A program made the position numbers and the translations under genes. Below, piece after piece: positions 1-9,699 of a stretch of DNA of 64,000 nucleotides. Position 1 is the first letter of the stretch. Every line of letters begins with the position of its first letter. The notes under the pieces were generated by a model that did not search any database, was not told where the DNA came from, and saw only the letters and a program-made list of their open reading frames with translations. Source of the stretch: Saccostrea cucullata (Eukaryota); contig NW_026936725.1 of assembly GCF_032062105.1 (NCBI RefSeq), forward strand, positions 310,001 to 374,000, in the 5' to 3' direction.

Positions 1-246
1 ACCGCCTCTAATATGAATATAATGGCAGTGTCCATGTTTTGCAATGGGAAATCCAAAATATGTGTAGGATGAAAAAGTAATAGAAGGTGCACAACGGCAA
101 TATGTAATAGAGATTCTATGAAAATTTCGTTCAGTGGTGTAAGAGAAGTTGCGGATAAGAGATGGGTATACCTAAAGCGTAACAAACAGATGGACAGAAA
201 TCCCGATTAATAAATACCCTCCCGCTTTTTCAAGCAGGGAGTATAA
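1..246 (-). mobile_element. Helentron/HINE (DINE-1-like) non-autonomous element fragment, truncated by window edge
   Basis: Aligns by eye with 51490-51737 (ttcagtggt.taagag.agttg...gatgggta...aaagcgtaaca...ataccctccc.ctttttcaagc.g.gg); ends in an ATACCCTCCC...GGGAGTAT hairpin next to a GACA/GGAC-type microsatellite. Confidence 0.6.
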
Positions 247-1179
247 AAAAGGACTAATGTAGGCAGGCAAGCATTATGGCCCATGCATTTTTTTGCTGTT
301 CAATGTCTCTGAATGTCTTTCTCAAGATTGTTGCAACTCAAAAAATCTAAAACAGTTGTCTGTATTTGAAATAATAATATTGTTCACTTAACCTCCCGAT
401 CAAAGATTTTATTTTACACCATGTTCAACTCCCATGAGTGCTTTCAGTACTTTGATTCTATATACTGTCAAGAGTGGGCAGTGATTAGGCCCTAGACTAG
501 AATTTCAAGCACCTGCTCGACTTCGACCGAAACAAACCTACGTGCCTTGCTGGATGGCTATGTAGTTTTTGGTACTAAAATCTTTATGATGCTTTTACAA
601 GATCTCAAAATGAAACCTCTCAGAAGTTTGTTTTGAATTCATTACATCTACTCAAACTTGCTCATTTTTGGTAAGAATATATAGCAGAAATTAATACTGT
701 TGTGCAACCTGCATGTTTCTTCTTCGTTTTCCGCCCAAGTATTGCGATAGTATTACATGAATCACTGGTGATGTCATAAAAGAATATCTACGAGATTAAT
801 ATTTTTCTTTCATTTAAAAGCATTGCACCACATATTAACGTCTCTCTCGAGGATTTTTCACTCATATGGACATGATGGAGACGAGAGCAATGGCAAAAAA
901 AAAATATGGAGGGGGAATCATCCTAAAACACTAAAGCCTCCCCCGCATGTAGACGGGCGTCTTGGAGTGCTTTAAATTACAAGTTTAAGTGACAATAAAG
1001 CTAACACAATATTATATTTCAAATCGAATGATTTCTCTGGATTTCAGAGTATATGGTACATGTATAATTTTCCTCCATCCATCATTAATTTCATGATATA
1101 TCTGCAATTCTACAATCCTTGTAGTTGTTCCCAATCTATTCAAGGGGGAATTATTGATAGCAATGATGAATCACAATGC

Positions 1180-1340
1180 CAAGATTCTTGTAAATCGTCT
1201 TTGTGGTATTAATCCAAATTAAGATAAACAATGAACCAGTGCTTCTTCGAAAGATTCAATTTTACGTATATATAAACATAAGATTTTTTCCAAGCATTAA
1301 TGAGTTTTGAGGAATTGATTCAGATTTTAATTATCAAATG
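1180..1340 (+). mobile_element. possible decayed L1/Tx1-type LINE ORF2 3' fragment
   Basis: Frameshifted translation SLWY-NP-IKINNEPVLLRK ... LMSFEEL resembles the LWxNxxIKINxKP...SFEE region of L1/Tx1 ORF2; heavily degraded. Confidence 0.3.
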
Positions 1341-1667
1341 TCTTTCTACATCCTCTATTGGTCAACGGATGTATAATAGTACAGTAATTAACATTCCAAT
1401 AGCATATATAGTTCTGGAATGTAACTTGCCTTAACTTTGTTGATTTTATAAATATTTTTCATAGCTAATCATACAATATAAGTATTGATGCCTGAAAAAC
1501 AGGAATTCCTCCCTACACTGCTAACAGTTTTTCGATTCTCTGATGTATCGAGCTAAGTATATGCACTTGGCTTTATCATTTTCTCGATATAATGGGTCGA
1601 TCGCTTGTCCATCGTTTGCAGGCATAATAAATTTGCTTCGTGAATAGGAGCCACACATATTCCTCCA

Positions 1668-1684
1668 GGGCGCCATCTAGTGAT
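1668..1684 (-). promoter_or_regulatory. CTCF-like motif ~90 bp upstream of the small membrane-protein ATG
   Basis: Minus strand reads TCACTAGATGGCGCCC, close to the CTCF core CCACYAGRKGGCGC. Confidence 0.45.
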
Positions 1685-1769
1685 GAACAGCCGAATGACC
1701 TGCTCTTGTTTGCTACTAACGGACAATAAGTAATATTTACTCTACGGACCATCGCCTAAAACCTCAATA

Positions 1770-4372
1770 ATGAAGTTAGTTGCATGTTTCAGCTTCATTT
1801 GTGTGTGTGCCATTTCATTAAGTGGAAAAGCTACAGGTAAGATTGTTGAAATTTTTAGTTTTATTTGTGCGTTAATCTTCTTACAATAAACATGGGCGCC
1901 TTGTAAGTTCATGCTAACCATATCTGTGGATTGCATTAGAAAAAAGTATTGAAGATTTTTTAAAGTTTCCTTAATTCTGTATTCAAAATGATAATACGAG
2001 ATTTGTATTGATCTCCATTGATAATTGATTTGTGGCCACACAACATTTCATGCGCAAAGATCAGAGAGGGGTTAGTAGGTCAACATCTGCACTCTAAAGG
2101 AAAACACACACGCCCGTAAAGGTGTGTAGCAAGATAGCTTTTATTCTTAAAACGTATGAAATAAATAAATAACATAAAAGCGTATGACTGAAAATTCTGA
2201 AATTTTGAAAGCTCTCATTACATAAAGTTCAGTTAAATCCTAATGACAGATACTCATTTTCAAACGAGTAGTTCTATTGAAATAGGAAAATATGCGAGAA
2301 ATACATTGAAGATATCAACATCGCATATTTGATAATAAGAAAAAAGTAAAGGTTAAGAAATAATTTTGAATTATAAATTATAATGATTTTTTTTAAAATT
2401 GAATTCTAAACATTCTAAAAGGGAAGGGGTTTCTTCCTCGTACACATATATAAATATGTTTCGGAATTCGGAGAGTCCCCTTCAACAGCGTTTAATATGA
2501 TGGATGGGCATTATCATGGAATGACTACTTAATGCAGGTAATGTAAGGTGACTCTGACAATCAATGGTGAATATCCCTCAAAGAAATTACCCTCGAGATC
2601 TTCATGCCCTAGTTCAATGTAAAAGTAAACCAACGTGCCCAATGATGAAATGCCAAGGAAAACTACAGCATTATTCAAGTGACATTTGTATATATCCTGA
2701 AATATATGAAATGTATGAAATGTTTAGATTTTGTTGTATATTGCAGGCCTGAGTGAAATATATGAAATGGTTGGGTTTTATTGTATATTGCAGGCCTGTG
2801 TGAAATACAAATGTATATGAAGTGTTTAATAGGTTTTGTTGTATATTGCAGGCCTGAGTGACATCTTCTGCCCGCCTGATTATCATCACTGCGATGGCAC
2901 GCTGTACTGCTGTCCATCTGGTTACATTTGTATAGGGTCATCCACATGTCTTCACCTAGCGTAAGTTACAGCATATCCCCAGGGAGTGTTTGTGTATTTA
3001 GTTACATCGTATCCCAAGGGCGCGTCAGGAAAAATTGGTTAAAGAGAACCTCTGTATGCATGTGTGTGTTAATATTTAAATAATTAATGAGAAAACTTTT
3101 TATATAATATTTATCAGTTTGTGCATCTTTGTTAGATGAACTTATTTTAAACCATGTATTTTTATCTTTTCAACACATGGTTACTTAGACATGCTTCGTT
3201 AAGCCGTTTTTGCCCATCTCTAACACATGTTTGAAATAAATGATCTGTTCATCCGCTTGTACATGTAAGCCTGAGGACAAATGGATTTTTTTTTGTCGTT
3301 CTATTGTTTCCCTCTATAGTTGAACTACTAGTAAATGAAAAAAAATATTAATGAGTCTATAATTCATAATAATAAAAATTTACAGATTGAATTTTATTTA
3401 TTTTCAAGGAGTCTTGTTCATTAAAATATTTACGAATTCTCGAAAGTGACAGTATAGCCCACCTCTTCCGATCGAAAGCTTCCACCAAAGTACTCTTTCA
3501 CGTAAAATATATCTATAATCTAACATTAATACATTCTTTTAAAGAATTATTTTTGTGTGGATCGATTATTTTGGGATTTTCCCGATTTATTTCTATGGTA
3601 CACAGGTAAAATAAATACAATAAGTATAATTTGGGAAAAAAAAGGTCCAACAAGTCTCCAGGGGAGAGAGGGGGTGGTGGTCGTCCTGTCCACAAGTAAA
3701 TGTGACTGATCCAAGGACAATTGCAAATTGTAGATATTTTTAGTCGTACTCTGCATTTTTTTTATTCAATTACTGGTATGCAGAATTTAAGCTGTTGACT
3801 TATAGCGATACGTATAGGGCAATTCAAGTTACAAAACATTTATCAAAAGATATCTTTAAGCAACAACCAAAGAAAAATCTTTTTGCATGTGATCTGTGAT
3901 GTGTCAAGTTTAAAGTATTCTATTTATTACTTTATTGCAGTGTCATTATCGGTCCTATCGTTGGCCTGGTGGTCCTCATAGCCTGTGTGGTCGTCTGCTG
4001 TATCTGCTGCAGTAAGTATCTGTCGTCTGCTAAATTAAGAATTAAACGTCTGCTGTTGTAAGTATCTGTCGCCTGCTGAACTAAGAATTCAAAGTATCTA
4101 ATGTCTGCTGTATTAAGTATCTGTCGCCTGCTGTAGTAAGTATCTGTCGTCTGCTGAACTAAGTTGAACGTCTGTTGTTCACATAGTAAGTATCTAATGT
4201 CTGCTGCAGTAAGTTTCTGTCATCTGCTGTAACTGCTGTAGTAAGTATAGACGTGGTCTGTGAGTTATCTGCTGTATTAAATTGTATAATGGAATTAAAT
4301 CTCATTTCTCTTTTTTCAGGACGAAGACGGTCAACGCCTGGTGTGGTATACAGTCCTACACCCCAGGGATAA
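1770..4372 (+). CDS. 99-aa type I single-pass Cys-rich membrane protein (Shisa-like/CYYR1-like architecture)
   Basis: Exons 1770-1836, 2852-2960, 3941-4011, 4320-4372; all GT-AG, phases 1/2/1 consistent, 300 nt. Protein MKLVACFSFICVCAISLSGKATG-LSDIFCPPDYHHCDGTLYCCPSGYICIGSSTCLHL-AVIIGPIVGLVVLIACVVV-CCICCRRRRSTPGVVYSPTPQG: signal peptide, 6-Cys ectodomain, TM helix, Cys cluster plus Arg stop-transfer, Pro/Tyr tail. AATAAA near 4839. Confidence 0.85.
2678..2864 (+). repeat. ~47-58 bp tandem repeat containing three copies of the exon-2 splice acceptor
   Basis: TTGTATATTGCAG|GCCTG(A/T)GTGA recurs with exon-start positions 2747, 2794 and 2852. Confidence 0.9.
3991..4277 (+). repeat. degenerate tandem repeat built from the exon-3 splice donor
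   Basis: Unit ~TCTGCTG(C/T)AGTAAGTATCTGTCG; GTAAGT at 4012, 4058, 4136, 4186, 4209, 4241. Confidence 0.9.
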
Positions 4373-5729
4373 ATGTAAACATGTGTGTTAGTTAATATGT
4401 ATGCAAAACAAGACTTTGTAGGAATTTATGTATTTACTAAATGTGATCTTGCCTTTCTTATTATACCTTTTAGATAAGACTCTATACATGTATTTCTAGC
4501 TGACTTTTGTAGCTATCAGCTTAACTGATCAAAGTTCCTGACATCTATATGCATATTGTATCTATACAATATTCGGTTTCTCAATATTTTCGTCCGATTT
4601 GTGTATGGTGAATGTGTAAGAATTATGTTTCCTTTTGGTATTGTTGCGCATGCTTTTGCCTTATCATTGAATGGCAGGTGAGCGTAATGGCCTTTTTACT
4701 TATTTTTATATTTTTATTTGGTGCTATATACATTCATGCGGGTGATTAATTGATTGAATTCAACCAATTATTTAACTTTTGGAAATTTACATTAGTGCAA
4801 AAATACGATGTTTAGCATCAGTTTTGATGGAAGTGCTTAATAAAATGTATTTTCTTTTAAATTTGTCAAAATCAAAGTAATTTTCTAATATTATACATAA
4901 TGAAGAGATTGTTATAACCTTTTATTTGAATATTTGTCATAAATTCAATATACTTATGGAAGGCATTTATATCTATATTTTTTGATTTTCTTTCTAGACT
5001 TGTGTTCTTTTTCAAACATTAAACGATTAATAGTAAAACCTTTAATTAATATCAGTAGAGTATTTCTTTTATAAATTTGAACTTATTGCATAGCATTGAT
5101 GACATTTGTAAATGAAATATAACAATTATTTGTATTTTCAAAATTTACTACATGTAGTTTTCAATTTTTATTATTAAATTTAAGAATCTAAAAGGAAATA
5201 AATCTCATTTTGTGCTATTAAATCTCGTAAAACATAAAATCTCTCACTCTTAAATAGGCGTGTATGTGATAAGTAAAAAATAGCAAATTATACATATATA
5301 GTTCTTTGTCAAACATCCATACTCAGTTTGATAATATCTACTGCATCACAATTAGCTTTACCTTGAAAATGTGATGTAGACAGCCAAATATTTCTATCAT
5401 TAGTCAATAACCATTTCATAACAATTCAAAGATTTGCTTCCCCGTCTCATCTGCTCTCTTATGTAAGCCACAGTAGTGGTATTGTCTGTAAACATAAAGA
5501 TTGCCTAGGCAAAGAGATAAAAGGGCAATATAAACAGCTTTAATGAATTCTCCTAACTAAGGACCTCCTGCTGATATTTCAAGAGGCTTGTAATTATAGC
5601 CTGAACCCAAATGACTCTCATCTGTTTCAATTAATTTACAATGTCAATTTGACCCCCTAGTTTTTGCTACCACAGCCACAGGGATATTACATAACCACCA
5701 GTGGATATCGATAAGTACTTAATCAGAAA

Positions 5730-6850
5730 TAGTCCAAAATATGATTATCTATCAGACGTTTTCATGGCTTTTTTACGAGTTTGATATTTTACGTGCCAGG
5801 AAAAATTAGAACCTGCGCCATTACAAATAACTGGAAATCTCCAAATTGAGATGACTTTCGACACTAAATACCAAACTTGTAATTTATCCCTAGCACAACG
5901 CATCTAGTATCATCAATTACTAGTATTGATGAAAAGAAAACATCACTCCCGCATTTCGATACAGAAATTGGAAAATTCAAGAATGCATGAGATGAAAACT
6001 ACAAATCTCGACAGTCAGATAAGAAGTTTTCATTATATTGTATATTTTATAAACAAATCATAAATTGATGTTGATAAGTACCAAAAGTATTGTACATGTA
6101 CTACTGATAAATAGTGAGTTCCTCATTTAATTTGGTTTGTATCGAAAATCAACCCGAGAATGCCACCTCCGGTTTGAGGCGGCGAAATCCCAGTTTTCGT
6201 AATGGCGCCGGTTCTGACGTTTTCCTGGCACGTTAAATATTAGTCCGAAAAATCTGACGTTTTCCTGGCTTTTTTACGATTTTGATATTTTACATGCCAA
6301 GAAAATGTCAGAACCGGCGCCATTACATGTACGTAAACTGGAATCGCCGCCTCGAACCGGAGGCGGCATTCTCGAGATGATTTTAGATACTTGCGAACTG
6401 AATTAAATTTCAAAGTCAAAAGTCAATAGTACAATACTTAAAGAACTTGCCAATATAGTTATTATGGTTCAATTTATGAAATAAATAATCCATTGAAAAA
6501 GGTTTCATCACACTGTCGCGATTTGTCTTCATTTCGTGCATTTTAAAATCTTGCATGTCCTGTTACGAAATGTGGAGTGATATTTTCTTTTCATCGATAT
6601 TGGTGAGTACTAGAGGCATTGTGGTTTTGATAAATTCTGATTTCGGCATTTAGTTCTGTTCACAACTATCGAAAATGAACTCCAGTGGAAGATGACGAAA
6701 TTTCCAGTTTTCGTAATGGCGCCGGTTCTGACGTTTTCCTGGCATGTAAAATATCAAAATCATAAAAAAGTCAGGAAAACGTAAGATTTTTCGGACTAGT
6801 TAAATATCAAAATCCCGAAAAGCCTGAAAAACCTCAGATATTTCGGACTT
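5730..6850. mobile_element. older long-TIR MITE (TAGTCC...GGACT ends) interrupted by a related copy
   Basis: Left TIR from 5730 (TAGTCCAAAA...CCAGGAAAA...GCGCCATTAC); right TIR split into ~6190-6240 and 6808-6850; degenerate 9-bp flanks AATCAGAAA / ACTCAGAGC. Confidence 0.75.
6241..6798. mobile_element. 558-bp MITE with ~100-bp TIRs and 9-bp TSD (Mutator/MULE-like)
   Basis: Ends TAGTCCGAAAAATCT... / ...AGATTTTTCGGACTA; perfect TSD GTTAAATAT at 6232-6240 and 6799-6807. Confidence 0.9.
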
Positions 6851-7512
6851 ACTCAGAGCGTGTACCGGAAATCAACCTTCCCTACCCCTTAATGCATGAT
6901 GCTTGTAACATTTCTAGTTGCCTGTTAAATTATTGACTATGTGGTACTGCAGGAGAATTTGATAGATACCAAGTTACCGATCAACGCTCTAAACTGTTTT
7001 ATTCCAAACTTTCAGTACAAGTTCAATACAACTTTGATACATTTTTTTGCTACTTTACGCTCTTTTAGAGTAACCGACACTTCTTTTGAAATCAAAATAA
7101 TGAAACCTATTTTTTGTTCCAAAATATCCAGTTTTTTCTTGTAAAAAGATATCAATATCGTCGGAAAGGCGAGAAGTTGCGACTGCAATATAATCAACAG
7201 ATTGATGCTCACTTTTCCTCAAAAACGAAAGAATAGGTTAAAGGAGAGACGATGCGTTCCTTAAATTTGAAAAATATTCAAAATTTTACTAACATTTTCA
7301 TTTCCTAACCCGTTTTTATTTGACTTTAAAATCGAAACATTGACATTTTTTTTTCAAATAAATGATATTGACAAGTGATTTTTTTTTCAAACAGGATTAT
7401 ATATAACAAACAGCATCCTCTAGTATCTTTCAAAGATGCCTGGTGAGGTATCTTTTTAGAGCAAACATGTTAAAGTAGCATTGCTCAAATGATAAAATCT
7501 TGGAGAAAATTA

Positions 7513-8021
7513 CAATGAAGCGCATTGAAGTGGTAAAATTTTCCGTTTGGATGAAACGTCCTGAGTCATGTTTTGAACGTCAATTATAACAGAATGGCAC
7601 GCCCATTTCTTTAGAAACGAACAAGAAATATTCGTCGTAACGATTTAGGACACTCCACTTTTTGCGACAAGCAACATGATTTACGCCGGAATGGAGATTT
7701 TTAAAGATATAAGAGAGATTTAGAGAGTTCCAGCTTCCGTAAAACATGTATTGCAACGAATTTGTACATAATTATGAATTTATCATGTTTATTGGAGTTT
7801 CCATAACACATGCATCAATTGGTCGAACACGTGCTTATTCTGTGTTTATGTAGACCGTCAATTTGATTGGCTATTATATTTGTGGAATATCTGTTCCAAA
7901 TTTGACCGATTTTTCCTTTCTAAAGAAATGGGCGTGTCTTTGTATGACAATCAACGTTCTAAAGATAGCTCAAGACGTTCCAGTCAAACGGGAAATTTTA
8001 CCACTTCAATGCGCTTCATTG
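7513..8021. mobile_element. MITE with ~105-bp TIRs and TA TSD (Tc1/mariner-type)
   Basis: TA|CAATGAAGCGCATTGAAGTGGTAAAATTT ... AAATTTTACCACTTCAATGCGCTTCATTG|TA; inner TIR CACGCCCATTTCTTTAGAAA / TTTCTAAAGAAATGGGCGTG. Confidence 0.88.
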
Positions 8022-9130
8022 TATATAATATTAATGAGGAACATATAATCAGCACTTTCGCAAATGAACGAGGATTCACATGGGACAAGGATGAAATATG
8101 CATCACTCTGAATGATGGTATTCTGCCACCTAAATCTGAACTGCAAATCTTCTAATGTTGTGGACTTGTTTATCAAACAAGGATCAATTAATAAAAGAAT
8201 ATCATGTCATCAATTTCAAATAAATCGTGGGGATCGGCAACTTTTATAAAAACATTTAATTTTACCTGAGCATGCTATTTTGTCACTGAAAGTTAGAATT
8301 CTCGAAAAGATTTATCACCATGCAAACTCCATCACTGAGTACACCTTTTCGTAGACAAAGAGAAAATTTTGGATAAAAAAAACTAGGGACAACCTTTTCT
8401 TATGGATATAATGATAATGTCGATAGTGTTGGAAATCTTTTCAGTCCACAGTGTAGCAATGTAAATGTGATTGGACATTTTATCTATACACATAGACATA
8501 AGTGCAATAATCTTTTAAGACACAATGCCTCTTTTGCTTCATTAATACCTTATGTAAATCAACAGTTATAGGCCTACATCATATTCGCAACAAATATTAC
8601 TCTGTCCCTTGAAACTTTTAAATAGTCTTCTTGAAAAGATCAAGGAAAGCCCATTTTTTGAATCCTCGACACCAGAATAGGCTCTGATCTTCGATTATAG
8701 ATATTGAAAATCATAGGTTTTTAACCCCCCCCCCCCACACACACACACACATTTTACTGAAGAAAATGCATCTTAATTAATTCGTCTTTTCCTTAAACTT
8801 CAATATGCCAATAAAGGAATTGACGTGATTAATATAATTAATATTCTTAATCACAAAGGGGTCCAGTCTTGTATTCCATTATATTTCAAGTTTAAGACTA
8901 CACCTTCTCTTTCCTACAAATACCAGTACACATGAACTGTATATTGCTTCAAAACTTTATAATCATAAAAAAAAAAACTTTACCTAAAACATGGCCTGGA
9001 TATCGAATATCTGAAAAAAATAATTCTCCATCGTGTTCATGTTCTTCTTCACCCTACTACTATAGTTCTGCTGGACACGCGCAGAAAAACGGAAATATGA
9101 GGTGACGGAAACATGGCTAAAAATTATAAT

Positions 9131-9433
9131 CTTAGATCACTCATTTTAACAGGTCCTAGATAGAGAGAATCCCGATCCTTCAACTGGCGTCGGAATTTCA
9201 TAAATATTATGGATTCTGTTGAAGATTACGCCAGGCGATGGGCCGAATATGAAAAAGAGGACTTTGACACTTTTTCAGAATGGATTACATGTATCAGATC
9301 CATGTTGAAATCGGGTACTAAATGACTGAGGGGCAATATGAAAAATACATCTATTCATCTGTATTCAGTAATCCAGAAGTGAAAAAAGAATAAGATTAAA
9401 TGATAAGTACGCACTGTTTCCTCTGACAAAGTT
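9131..9433 (+). mobile_element. Penelope-like retroelement ORF fragment (region upstream of RT)
   Basis: Translates LRSLILTGPR*RESRSFNWRRNFINIMDSVEDYARRWAEYEKEDFDTFSEWI...VFSNPEVKKE...PSDK, matching the kGPkyREp...vPaDK pattern N-terminal to PLE reverse transcriptases; contains stops and frameshifts. Confidence 0.65.
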
Positions 9434-9699
9434 TCCGTACTGAAACAACTAATATATGTGAAGAAGATTTTAGGAAAATCAAACTTCACTAAGTTTAATA
9501 TGTTAAGCAACACATACATGATTGTATTAATACATCACGATGATAAAAGTACAATGAGGCTAGAAAGCGCTATATATCACGTGGTTGTGGAAAGACCTTC
9601 ACAGTGATTCGAATAATTATAACCAACTTCAACTTCCAAATACTAGTAAGTAAGACTCGTATTGCTATTATTTCTTTATATTCAATGCCATGTTATAAA

